Shown: in pieces, positions 9,800-20,000 of the stretch
Layout of the letters: the number at the start of each line of letters is the position of its first letter
Position numbering within the stretch: position 1 is the stretch's first letter
Origin: Trypethelium eluteriae
Taxonomy: Eukaryota
Length of the DNA: 20,000 bases
Direction: 5' to 3'
NCBI GenBank assembly: GCA_051942245.1
Contig: JAVECL010000001.1
Coordinates: forward strand, 172,163-192,162
Notes under the pieces: generated by a model
What the model was told of the DNA's origin: nothing
The model's database searches: none
The model's input: the letters and a program-made list of their open reading frames with translations, nothing else
Position numbers and translations under genes: made by a program

Positions 9800-10823
9800 T
9801 TAGCGGAGGAATGATGAATTGCCTACAAGGCTAAGACTGGAGCGGGACAATAAGCTAGGAGCGAAAGGTGGAGTCGACGGTCTGTTAAAAAAAAAGTACG
9901 GGTAGGGAGCCGGTTGCTATTTTGATAGATTAGTAACTTATGGAAAGGAAAATAGAGTTGATTGTCTTGGCCCACTCAGCTTCTGATATCACTGTGTACA
10001 ACGTACAATGTGGCGAGGGGTGAAGTGGATAGCAAATTCAACGAGACGCACTGACACAATTGTAATTGAAGAATCGATTAGCAGCGCCTCGCTCACTTCT
10101 CTGGGAGTTCCCCATTTACGAAGCCTCTCATTTCGTTACAATTCCTGTTGCGCTTGAATCCGACCGTACCGAGCTCCCTTCGATATCATCTCCGCCTAAA
10201 TACTACATTTATGCTCAATCGACTTCGCGACCTCACTGCCCGTTCTCGAGGGTCTTCAAATCCATTTCTTTCTCCGTTAAGTTTCTTCGAATTCCTGAAG
10301 ACTTCTGCAATCTCAATTTCTCGCGACCCGGCACTCGGTCGTTTACGAATCACGTTTTGTCGTCTAGGTTTTTTTACTTTTGTTCAAGAAGTCTTCGTAA
10401 TCAAAAGTCAATAGAACAACACTCACATGAAAATCCACTTCGGGTAGAATACACGGTGTTTTTCCAGCCGACCGTATCTTTCTTAGTTTCACGACGCTGT
10501 AAAGATCTACGCAACAGTCGTGCTTTATCCCTGCACAATACCGAAGAACCCGAAGAAGATTCTGAGCTAGGACTATTCACCTTGTCCTTGAAACCCGACA
10601 TACTCTGCCAACGTTTCGTATTGAATCGCCTAGCATGGTAAGGCAATTGATTATTTAATAACTTGACATTACGAGTAATAGTCTCCGCCTGCTATTCGAA
10701 GAAGAGATAAGAGATGGCCACGCTATGCAAAAATACTCAGACGAAAAGCAATTCTCCGTAGAACCCATGAAAAAAATCATGTCCAAGCATTCCCACAGTA
10801 AGCCTGACTCAGACCCACCCGAG

Positions 10824-10850
10824 CCAGATCCAGATCCCGATCCAGATCCA
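10824..10850. repeat. Hexanucleotide microsatellite (CCAGAT) about 4.5 copies
   Basis: ccagat ccagat cccgat ccagat cca, about 20 nt past the stop of the minus-strand membrane-protein gene (probable 3' UTR). Confidence 0.85.
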
Positions 10851-10871
10851 AGTTTTATGCAACGCCCTAGA

Positions 10872-13549
10872 CTAGTAGAAAAAGCTTCTCCTTTTCTGCG
10901 TGCCATCATGGCCGCCACTCTCCAAATACACCTTCTCTCCCTCAGCCCGCACAAACCAGGGCGTCTCGTACTGTCGTCCCTCAGGCCCCACCCACCGCCC
11001 GCTGCTCTGCACCTCCTTGGCCTCCTTCGGCGGACTGTTCACCGCGAGCGCAAATAGGTTCAACGGTTCGGAAAAATCAGTCACCAAGCCCCTGTGGGAG
11101 AGGAGGTAGACGAGGATGACGACGTTGGTAAGGAAGACTAGGAGAAGGACTGGATAGAAGACACGTTGATAAGGCGAGGAGGGCCCTGACGCGTATTGCT
11201 GGGCTGAAAGGGCAATAGGAAAGGTTTCGTAGACGCCAGGAGTGATGGTGCTGTTGTTGGTGTAATTCTGTTGGGAAATTTAGCAAGAGGAGGGGAAAGC
11301 GTGGGGGAGAAGGGATGGGTCATGGAAGAGATACGTACCCATTGGGGGACAAAGGGAGAGTCTTGGATACTCATCAACAGAGTGCTGCCGGCCATGACAG
11401 CCAAAGCTTCGGCCATGCTTGGTAATTTTGGCTGCAAGGTAATCCTTGTGTTGCTACTCGAGTATTCTGGCAGCATCAAGTCCGTCAAGAGACGTGCGTT
11501 GCTCGCCTGAGCGTCTGTGATGCCTGATTGCAGACTCAAGGTTGTTGCCCACTCCTGAACGAGTTCAAAGAAATCCTTGCTGGCATTTGTAGCTGGCATA
11601 TGTGCAGCCTCATTCTGGAAAAGTTGCGCGTACGTGAAGTCCGTGCTCCCTGGAGATACATCGCAGTTAGCGGTCAAGTTACCGCCGCTAGAAGTGACAT
11701 TGTAGTACGTTGAACAGTTGGGTGTCAGATAAGCTCTCAGTCCGCAGAGCGCATAGTCATCTCCCTGTGCTGGACTACCCTTTCCAAGAATGTAGATCCA
11801 TTCCCTTCCGTATTGAGAAGTCTGGTTGAGCACGGTATTATAACTGATGGGATATTTGGGGAAGATAGGTGGCCATTGTCCAGTCGAATTGCTCCAATTG
11901 AATATTTGGTCTACTTTAGTCCCGGTCAAATTGAACTTGTATCCTGGAGCGAGATTGTCGAGCTGTTGTGGCCAGGATGATGTATTGAGGATTGCGCCTG
12001 GGAACTCGGAGTAGACTAGCGGCTTCAGTTCGTCCTCGGTCATTTGCACGCACAACGCGTTGACCACAGGAGAAGGAACAGCGGCTTTGAGGTTATATAT
12101 TCCAAGACCATCGAGATCCTACGTCGGCATTAGTTATAGGGAGAATGTAGTCTATTGCAGGTGTTGCTTACGCTGGGCTGAAGTATACCATTGATTGGAT
12201 CATGCGCGGCTTGAACAACCCCAGCATGAGGCATTGCCATACTGATGTTATTGATGGTCCGTCCATAAGTCTCGGAATCTTCAGTAACATTAGCGATTTC
12301 GATCCAGGCGGCATGAACGTCGGTGGCTCCGTTGAACTGGCCGACACCCTCGGGCCTAGTGGTCAAGTCGGTCGAACCATTGCTCGAATTTGCAAAGTTC
12401 GACCAATTAGATATGTACCGGCCATAATTGTAGTAGCTATTGGCAGCAAAATCGACAACATCCAGGCAGTTGTTGGTACCATATTCTGGATCGAGGGCGG
12501 GAATGACAGGCGTCTGGCAGTTAGCCTCGATGTATTGCGCGTTGGCAAAAGAGGTATTGACCATGCCTTGCAAGCCTCGGTAGCGCCAAGAGTCGAATCT
12601 GAGCTGGGGCTTAACTATTGGTAGGGATCAGCTTTGTGTCTTTTTGCAATGAAGGAATAATTCTGACGGAGCCGGAAGGTTGATGCATACCTAAAGCATC
12701 GGCAGCAGAGGTATAAAGCATTGCAACAATGGCCGATAATAGCGCGGCTATCCCGAGTACGGAGACGACGGCGTATCGCACGCTTTCCCAACGAGTGACC
12801 ATGAGGCCAGGCTGCATGATCCAGACCCGCATGTTCATTTCAGCCAGAGTGATTCCGAGGGGTTGGCCCGTCTTTGCCTTGAATGCTTTCCTTGATAAGA
12901 CTTGGCCAACGAATGCGACCATGACGGTGACGAAACTCATTTCAATTGACTTTGCAATGATCTGAGTAAGCAGAGAAGCACCGGCCGAGTTGAGGGATCC
13001 TCCTGTGCGGACAGCCCTTCCATACCTTGGACCGAGAAAAGCAAGGATCAGATATATGCCGGAAAATAATGTCGAGTAGACGGAGAGAAGGATCAAAACA
13101 ATATAGAGCCAGTGTCGGCGGGGTAAGTAAATTTGCTTGGGATATCCACGCGCTTCGTTGCGTGGGAGATCTGGGTCGCGGGTCAGTACGAGACTACCAG
13201 TGGATGGTGGTGAATTTCCCTGACCATTGTAAATTGGCCGCGATGGTGTCGCGCCAGCGGGTCTGTACTCTTCTGACGAAAGGTTTTCATAAAATGATGA
13301 TTTCGGCGTTTGACTTCCAGATAGGCCATGGAAATGGGATGCGGTTCGGTCGGGATTCTCATTCAAGTCGGGAGAAGGCTGGTAAGTGGTAGGGGGAGAT
13401 AGCAAAGGTTCAGTGCCCGAGAAGTTAGTCTGCTGTAGACCAGGCGTGTGTCCGGGTGTATCTCCTGGAGTCGACGTCTCGACGCTCTGGTCAAAGAGTT
13501 CGCTCGAATACTCCGTAAGTTCCTGGTAGTTCCCACGATGCTCCGTCAT
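10872..13549 (-). CDS. Uncharacterised multipass membrane glycoprotein, ~825 aa, 4 exons: 13549-12691, 12614-12172, 12118-11339, 11267-10872
   Basis: Four ORF-track pieces are joined in frame by GT..AG introns 12690-12615, 12171-12119 and 11338-11268 (2478 nt). Low-complexity N-terminus, three hydrophobic helices, a long Asn/Cys-containing domain with many N-x-S/T sequons, a last TM (VFYPVLLLVFLTNVVILVYLL) and a tail GLVTDFSEPLNLFALAVNSPP. Confidence 0.85.
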
Positions 13550-14572
13550 GTTTGACGAATTGTGCTGGTCGCTCTCCAGCGATGTTAAAGCTCTAATCCA
13601 TCCTCAGTGCGTGGTCCGATCCGAGGGAAAAGATTGTAAGGTAGCGAAGGGGAGAAGAAGTAAGTAAAGAGGCTGGATCCAGGTCTTAGCCATTCTACGC
13701 AGCCGTGGCGCAAGACCTTACTTTACGGGAGCGATGCCGAAACGACGCGCGAAAAAGGCCGTTTACCTCTTAAGTACTCGGTAGATTCACAAATCTGTAG
13801 CTCTTACTGACAGATCCGGATTACTCTAATATGCTCAGCTCCGCCACATCGATCTGTTTCCCCACCGTTGGCCGCGTGCGGTCGCGTAATCACACCAACA
13901 CTGCAGTGTCCGGGCTGAAGCAAAATACTTTGATGCATCATTTCGGTGAGTTAGTGCTTTTGCGCTGCAGTTCATACATTGGCGGTGATATCGGAGGAAT
14001 CAAAGGAGAGGATTACGGCCAGGGCAAACAGACGATCGCCTAATTACATACCATCGCCTGCGCTAAAGCCGGGCAACGGCGCAAGGTGCTGGATATGGTC
14101 GAGGCTGAGTCCGAGAGCCGCAATCGTAATTATAGCAATCCTTTGCCCTCTCATCATTCGTCCAGCGTTTTCGCTGAGCAAGCATGCTGGCTGATCGTCT
14201 CCTCATCGGCTATAGTTACTACCCACGCTACCGTATTGCCTACCCAGAATCCCTACCTAATTATTCTTACTTCTCACCTTCTCGTCACCATCGGATCTCC
14301 ACCCTTGACCCTTCATTTCTATCCATTTCCAGGCGGAAGAGGAGACGGTCGTAGATGAAGGACACATCTTCACCTAAGTATACCTGTTAGGCGAGTCCTT
14401 TCCCTTGGGTTGACGGGGCTCAGTTGCCTCCACAATCGAACAGGTGGCGCTGGTCTGGATTCTGTTTGCTGGTGTTCCATGTTTTGGCAGCACAAGGTCT
14501 AGGCCAGATCCGTAAATCATTTCCGCCTGCAGGTACGGAGTACCTCTACGACCTGCTTCCCCACGCTGCAAA

Positions 14573-14597
14573 CTGGAAGCTGGGAGCTGGAAGCTGG
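14573..14597. repeat. Short heptamer tandem repeat (RAGCTGG) about 3.5 copies
   Basis: ctgg aagctgg gagctgg aagctgg, downstream of the SNF2 gene stop. Confidence 0.6.
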
Positions 14598-14724
14598 CGG
14601 CCCGACAAGGAACGAAATATCGTCAAAATATGTGTTGACTTCTACAAGTCAAAGCTCAAGTATCGCAGCGTTCTAATTATCTAGCAACGGGGTATCTCTA
14701 ATAAAATTGCTCAAGGAATCCCTC

Positions 14725-17700
14725 TCATCCAACTACGATCGTGGGATCAGATGATGGCACTTGCTCTGTCTCCTGCACCTTCTGCCTTTTCGCCAACCTC
14801 TCATCCTTCCCCATCCTCGGCGTCCGCCCTGGCTTGATCTCCCGACGACCCTCGAACAGCCACGGACCCTTCACGTTCCTCGGCCTTCCGGCTCTGTCAA
14901 ATAACTGCTGTGGCTCCTCTATATATGCTACCTGTCCATACATCCCTCCTCTCTCGTCGTCCATGTCCGTCCGGATTGGTTTCGACTGCTGGATGATCGC
15001 CTGAATTCCCTGGTCGTCGTCCAAATTCTTTGCGTCTGTATGTTCGCGATTCGTCATCTTCTGACTACGATCGAACATGGCCTCCTCGATCGTATCTTTC
15101 AGTACCAGCGTCTGCACCTCCACGGGACGTGTTTGTCCGATTCGATGTGCCCGCTTCAGCGCCTGCGCTTCGACCTCGGGCCGACAGACCGGGTTCACAA
15201 AGTATACCCGGCTGGCGACGCTGGCGTGCAGTCCTCGCGCACCTTGTCGCAAATCCATGAGGAGGATCCGGATACTGGCGTCCTCGTTAAAACGTACGAT
15301 CCATTGCGAGCGCAAGTACGCTTGGATGGAGTTGGCGTAGATGAGGTATTCGATGTGGAAGATGTCCAGAACTTGGGCAATGTAATAGGCAATGTTGTCG
15401 CCTTCGTAGAAGATGATCATCTTTTCATCGCGGTGGTATTTGAAGATCTCGTTGAGCAGGTAACTGAGTTTGGCAGACGTCGTCCCAATGATTCGAGCCC
15501 CGGCGATAGTAGAGTCCTGGATGAGTTCGCTAGCTTTGGCGGGCGCTGTCGAAGTGCTTTCCACAGTCTTACGCTTCTTTCCTGCCAACGCGATCTTAAT
15601 TTTAGTCTCTTTGGTAGGACTGTCTTCGCTTTGGCCCGAGGGTCTCTCGGTAGGTGAGGTGCTAGAATTATGCTTGCTGCTGATCGCTGGTTGTTTCTTG
15701 CCGGGGGACGCAGCAGAGCGTCTGGTTACCGCAGGTTCGCCATTGATACTAGATGCTGGCATTCCAGTCTTGGCCAGTATTGGCTTCTTGGAGCCTTCCT
15801 CCAGAGGAATCGACTCAGAGCGCAATGGGGCTAGAGCTATAATACCTTGTCCAGACAAGTTTTGCAATGCATCTGCCGTGCCCTGATCGATATTTCGATT
15901 CACATGCTCTTGAGCCAATGCAAGCTGCGTAGCCCCAACGAGAAGAGGCGTCTGAGTCGCTCCAAAGGCCCAATGCTCAGCACTATCTGGAGGAAAGTTT
16001 TCGACAAACAGGCCAATTTCGTGAGATTTGCTCAACGCTACCCAGCTGGCAGAAGACAGTGCTGTTTGCGCGAATATCATAGCCGTATCCAATGCAATTC
16101 GGTCTACCGTGGTGCAGTTCGTATCATCCTTGGCAAGATATCCAGAGCTTTGCTTGAGGGCAGCTTGGATATCCGATTGACTGAAACCTGTCCAGAAGAA
16201 GAAACTTTGTCTCAGATTGGCAACAAGGCGCATCCTGTCCTTCTTGCTGCTGGAATGGAATAGATAGTCCATGTCGGTCCTTTCGCTTGTGACTGCATTC
16301 GATGTTAATACTAGATTGAATAAATTGACTGTCAATCTATCGAAATACGATGGCTCCAGACGAATGGTCCTGTGTCCCAGTGAAGGCAATTGCAAGTCTC
16401 TTTCAACATCCTCCGGCTGAGTCTTGATGACAATGGCGTTGAGGGTTTTCTGGAAACATTGAGAAAATGAGGTATACGTCCGTCGCTTGATGTCTTCATG
16501 CCGGTAAACGTAGTCGTTCCAGTCGGCGAAATCCTCGCTAGATCGCGCCCAAGGGGGAATCTTTAGGAAATGCGAGACCATCTTCCCAAGACTGCTTACC
16601 GCCTGGAGACTCGATTGCCGTTGATCGAATACATTTCGTCGATTAAGAGCATCGACACGCGATGCGTAGTCATGAGACTCGGCGTAATCCACTTCTGTTC
16701 GTTGAAGGTCGACCTCAACACCGAGCATGTACTTTGCCGGTGTACCGCTGACAATCCATCGTCGATCAGCTCTGATCAACTGCTCTGCTACGATTGCAGC
16801 ATTGCTGCGTACCGATCCGAAATTATTGCCTTCGTCAATGATCAAGCGCAGGAAATGAAGCTCCTTCAAAGGGGATTCATAGACCTCTAAGCCATCCCTA
16901 CAGCTGCAGTCGACTTGTGTAGTACCAGGTGCGATAGGGCAAAGACAATTTACCGGCCTGCGCCCTTTGCGATTTCCATTTTCGTCGTATCCGTCTCGAT
17001 TCTCATGTTCGAATCTTTCTCGACTGAACAGAATGATGACATACTTCTTGAGCTCCTTGGCCGGGGGTAAGGGCTTCTTCGTCTCTTCCATGAACAGCAC
17101 ATGCTCCATGAAGCCCTCTTGCGTGTGTTTCTGGAGCTCGCTCTGCCATTGGTCGAAGAGATTTCGGGGCACAACGACAATGGTGGCCGGGCAGAGCTGT
17201 AGTGTTTGGGTCTCACTAAAAATTGTCTTTCGAGAGAACCGGACCGGCTCGCCTGGGATCTTATACGTTTCGTATTTCTCAATCGCCTCTTCGCAGGGAG
17301 CTGGGAATTGGCTGTTATCTAGATCCATCCCGGCGAATTGCCTCCAAGGAAGTGAGTTTTTAGCGGCAGCGGCAGCAGCCATTTCTAAAAGGCTTCTGCT
17401 ACCATACGGATTCTTTCCAACGTTCAACTGGTATTGGGGAGGAATCCATGGGAGATGACCGAAAGTCGAAAGTATGACGGCAATGCAGATCAAGGTTTTG
17501 CCCAGACCCATAGTTTCTGCCAGGATTCCGCCAGAACAAGTCTGATAGTATTTCTCGTCTCGGAAGAACTGCACTTGCTTCGGATCGTAGTAATAGGCTA
17601 CGCCGTCCGGGGCAATTCTTCGCTCAAGCCTTGGATCGCGATGAAGCTGTGGCGCAATTTCCCTCTGAACCATTTCTGCAGCACTTCTCCGTTGATATGG

Positions 17701-18540
17701 GTATAGCTCAGCTGTCAACCCTTCGACCTTGTTTTCTAGAAGTTCTTCCATGGCTGTCTTTGCGTATCGATCGCGAATATCCTCTGGCCTGGGGCTCGGC
17801 GAAGGAATTGTGTTGAACAAGTAGAAAAGTGAGCCAGCGGCTTCGGTTGCGGCCATTTCGAAGTTATCCTTTGGTGTTCCTACGGCGAAAGGCGTCCAGT
17901 TCCATGAATCAGACGGCGTCCAATTCCACAGGGCCGACGAGATCGATACCTGCTGTACGACTTCCGCGAAGGCTGACTGTAGAGTTGGATCTTTGCGTAC
18001 CACATGACGGCCACCGACGTCGAAGGGAAGGATAAATATCTTCAGAAGATCGATGTCTAGCGAGTCATTTGACGGATGAAACCTAAAGATGCGAATCCAT
18101 CCCGATCTCTGAAGCGATAGTAATTGGTATACAAACGCTCTTGGGAAGTGCCGAAAGATACAGAAGGGAGAGTGGCGCAAACTTTCAGCCGCATCATTGG
18201 AAATACCATCACGTAGTCTGCACGGAGTAGGATGATGCCTTTCTCCCTTACCTTGTAGACAGCCAAGAGCTAGCCAGCGGTGGTCTGAAGCCAAGAACGC
18301 GGCAGATTCATCTGCAGAAACGGTACCCATGTACTTGGGTCGCTCACTTGACCGGTACTCGTAAGTGTTCAGGTCATACGTCCAGAGTTTCCTCAATTCC
18401 GAGAAACTTTGCGGCAGGAAATCGGGCTGGACCATTTTACCCTGTGCTTTGCCTTGCGGTTGGGTTCTCGCTTCGGGTGGCAAGGAATCTTCCCCTGGCG
18501 AGAAGACGACTTTCTTACCTACTCTCCTCTTGTGAACCAT
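14725..18540 (-). CDS. SNF2-family (Rad5/Rad16-like) helicase-related ATPase, ~1271 aa, apparently intronless; start uncertain
   Basis: Q motif LYPYQ, motif I GGILAETMGLGKT (17532-17494), Ia TIVVVPRNLFDQW, II RLIIDEGN, III WIVSGTP, IV KMIIF, V LLMDLRQGARGL, VI EAQALKRAHRIGQTRPV. First in-frame ATG is at 18540 (the ORF track starts at TTG 18558). Confidence 0.9.
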   Translation of the reverse strand: MVHKRRVGKKVVFSPGEDSLPPEARTQPQGKAQGKMVQPDFLPQSFSELRKLWTYDLNTYEYRSSERPKYMGTVSADESAAFLASDHRWLALGCLQGKGERHHPTPCRLRDGISNDAAESLRHSPFCIFRHFPRAFVYQLLSLQRSGWIRIFRFHPSNDSLDIDLLKIFILPFDVGGRHVVRKDPTLQSAFAEVVQQVSISSALWNWTPSDSWNWTPFAVGTPKDNFEMAATEAAGSLFYLFNTIPSPSPRPEDIRDRYAKTAMEELLENKVEGLTAELYPYQRRSAAEMVQREIAPQLHRDPRLERRIAPDGVAYYYDPKQVQFFRDEKYYQTCSGGILAETMGLGKTLICIAVILSTFGHLPWIPPQYQLNVGKNPYGSRSLLEMAAAAAAKNSLPWRQFAGMDLDNSQFPAPCEEAIEKYETYKIPGEPVRFSRKTIFSETQTLQLCPATIVVVPRNLFDQWQSELQKHTQEGFMEHVLFMEETKKPLPPAKELKKYVIILFSRERFEHENRDGYDENGNRKGRRPVNCLCPIAPGTTQVDCSCRDGLEVYESPLKELHFLRLIIDEGNNFGSVRSNAAIVAEQLIRADRRWIVSGTPAKYMLGVEVDLQRTEVDYAESHDYASRVDALNRRNVFDQRQSSLQAVSSLGKMVSHFLKIPPWARSSEDFADWNDYVYRHEDIKRRTYTSFSQCFQKTLNAIVIKTQPEDVERDLQLPSLGHRTIRLEPSYFDRLTVNLFNLVLTSNAVTSERTDMDYLFHSSSKKDRMRLVANLRQSFFFWTGFSQSDIQAALKQSSGYLAKDDTNCTTVDRIALDTAMIFAQTALSSASWVALSKSHEIGLFVENFPPDSAEHWAFGATQTPLLVGATQLALAQEHVNRNIDQGTADALQNLSGQGIIALAPLRSESIPLEEGSKKPILAKTGMPASSINGEPAVTRRSAASPGKKQPAISSKHNSSTSPTERPSGQSEDSPTKETKIKIALAGKKRKTVESTSTAPAKASELIQDSTIAGARIIGTTSAKLSYLLNEIFKYHRDEKMIIFYEGDNIAYYIAQVLDIFHIEYLIYANSIQAYLRSQWIVRFNEDASIRILLMDLRQGARGLHASVASRVYFVNPVCRPEVEAQALKRAHRIGQTRPVEVQTLVLKDTIEEAMFDRSQKMTNREHTDAKNLDDDQGIQAIIQQSKPIRTDMDDERGGMYGQVAYIEEPQQLFDRAGRPRNVKGPWLFEGRREIKPGRTPRMGKDERLAKRQKVQETEQVPSSDPTIVVG

Positions 18541-19367
18541 TGTGGTGGCCTTCCTCAAGGGATGCGATCGGTGGTTGTTAAGGGCGTCAAGGGTACCTTT
18601 GGTAAATCATGAGTCCGTACTGTTTGCCATGCAGACTTGATAGAGTTCCGAGAAAACCGTGACTGAGCATAAGAACTCGTCAGAGAGCCGCAAAGAAGGT
18701 GCCGCTTGAGTTCACCTGCAGACGTTCACCATTCACTTAGTATCCCGGAGGGTCTAGGTATGTACGGAGTTAGTAATTAGTGTCATGTCCTCGCCTGTTG
18801 GAGCCGTCCGTAGCGTGCATTAGGCCATTTTAGGTAAAGCTCCGCTCTCACAGACAGAGTAGGGTAATTCAGCTTCCGGCCCAGGTACCAGGTACCCACC
18901 TACCCAATATGTCAGGTACGGCTTTGTCAGCAGCCTCATTCAGAAATTCGAGTCCGCTGTGAGCTTGTACGCAGTATTGCGTAGAACTACCGAGCAGAAG
19001 CATTACATTAGGTGCATTTTAGGTGGCGCTTGTTTCTATTCATTCTTCAATCCACTTTCTCCCACTTCACTAAGTCTAAGTTCTGATCAAAGCTTACACT
19101 TCCACTTTTTTGGGCCAAGGGTTCCCTCTTACCGGCAGTACTGTGAAAGTAACAAGGGCAGACGTCAAGCTCTTCTTGCCGCCATCCGTATAGCTTGTAT
19201 ACATTGAAAATTTCATCTTCTGCAATGCTCTAATACGATGAGTTCCAAAGGGTATAATGCTCCAACCGAGTGACAAACAACGCCGAGAATCTGCTCTCCA
19301 TTCTGTGCCAGCTGGTATGATCATACGCCGTAATTCCAATCCGAATTCTTTGGACAAACGTCTCTTC

Positions 19368-20000
19368 CTAATGTTCTTGCTCACCTCTCCCCATCTCTTT
19401 CACGCCAGTTCCATTGCTAGCACTGCTTGCACCTCTGAATAACACTCTCCTGGTTCCACCTACCCGCTCGACGCGTTCCGAGCTCACCTTCCTCGCCTGG
19501 CCCAGCATATCCTGTACCCACTTCTGCTTCTCCGCACTCATCTCCCGCTTCGCTGTTGGCCCAGACAAGGACACCCGATCATGCTCCTCGTCCTCCAGAA
19601 TTCGGACCCTCGCACTCCCAGTCGAAGTCGGCGTCTTCTCCCTAATCCTTACCACCTCATCTCCTTCCATTGCGTCGGGCCGCACCGGCGCCAGCGACGG
19701 CGTTTCCGGACTTGACGCCTCAACACTATTCACCAGCCCGCTCTCGGCCATCGGCTCTGGCCGCGTCTTCAGACTGCTCACGCTCGCTTCACCCGAGCTC
19801 CCTGGCCGACTCGTTGCGCTCGCGCTCGACCCCACCCTCTCCCTCCGTATCTCCATCGCACTGCCCGGTCTCCCCATCCCACCACGCGCCTTCCCTCCAC
19901 TCCTGCTCCCACTGCTCCCGACCTGCGACATCGTTAATAACCCACTACCACTCACCGTCCTCCGGCCGTGGTGTAGCGCGAACTCCCTGAGCCAATCTCC
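19368..20000 (-). CDS. C-terminal part of a fungal GAS2 (GAR)-domain, putative microtubule-binding protein (5'-partial)
   Basis: Frame is open from the window edge: GDWLREFALHHGRRTVS resembles the end of the GAS2 domain after VRVGGGW (that motif itself is outside the window). A Ser/Arg/Pro-rich linker follows, then SLSGP..K...WVQDML...RKVS...RVGGTRRVLFR, which I recall as typical of these fungal proteins. Confidence 0.7.
   Translation of the reverse strand, partial: GDWLREFALHHGRRTVSGSGLLTMSQVGSSGSRSGGKARGGMGRPGSAMEIRRERVGSSASATSRPGSSGEASVSSLKTRPEPMAESGLVNSVEASSPETPSLAPVRPDAMEGDEVVRIREKTPTSTGSARVRILEDEEHDRVSLSGPTAKREMSAEKQKWVQDMLGQARKVSSERVERVGGTRRVLFRGASSASNGTGVKEMGRGEQEH

Noticed and set aside
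10655..11057. ORFs with GSGSGS or PDPDPD runs (10655-10954 -, 10725-11057 +)
   Set aside because: These are translations of the CCAGAT microsatellite and overlap the real last exon and 3' UTR.
13681..13718. Hairpin AGGTCTT...AAGACCT upstream of the membrane-protein gene
   Set aside because: A 7-bp plus 4-bp stem is within chance expectation; no riboswitch, tRNA or MITE features.
13550..14724. Short ORFs or ncRNA in the long intergenic region
   Set aside because: No coherent exon chain, tRNA A/B boxes, terminal inverted repeats or AT-rich RIP-like signature seen; best explained as promoter/UTR.
19094..19384. 96-aa minus-strand ORF overlapping the end of the GAS2-like gene
   Set aside because: Starts at GTG, lies in the probable 3' UTR and has no recognisable family.

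Overview
Gene-dense, intron-containing eukaryotic DNA from a filamentous ascomycete (Pezizomycotina; short GT-AG introns with CTRAY-like branch points; Dothideomycete-like is a guess). Nine housekeeping-type genes can be supported: SEC6 (5'-partial, +), sphingosine-1-phosphate lyase DPL1 (+), COX12/cytochrome c oxidase VIb (-), an NDUFA4/MLRQ (B12D)-family small mitochondrial membrane protein (+), an RRM-only PPIE/Cyp33-like protein (-), SEC31 (+), an uncharacterised ~825-aa multipass glycoprotein (-), a divergent Rad5/Rad16-like SNF2 ATPase (-) and the 3' end of a GAS2-domain protein (-). No mobile element, tRNA/rRNA, CRISPR array or secondary-metabolite cluster was seen. The best signal is a pair of five-exon genes the ORF track essentially misses: COX12, with an apparent 3-nt microexon, head-to-head (273 bp between ATGs) with the NDUFA4-like gene, suggesting a co-regulated complex IV module. 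The SNF2 protein has DEGN in place of DExH and no RING finger. Family calls come from recognising motifs by eye and were not database-checked. Exon models are hand-built and need RNA-seq confirmation.
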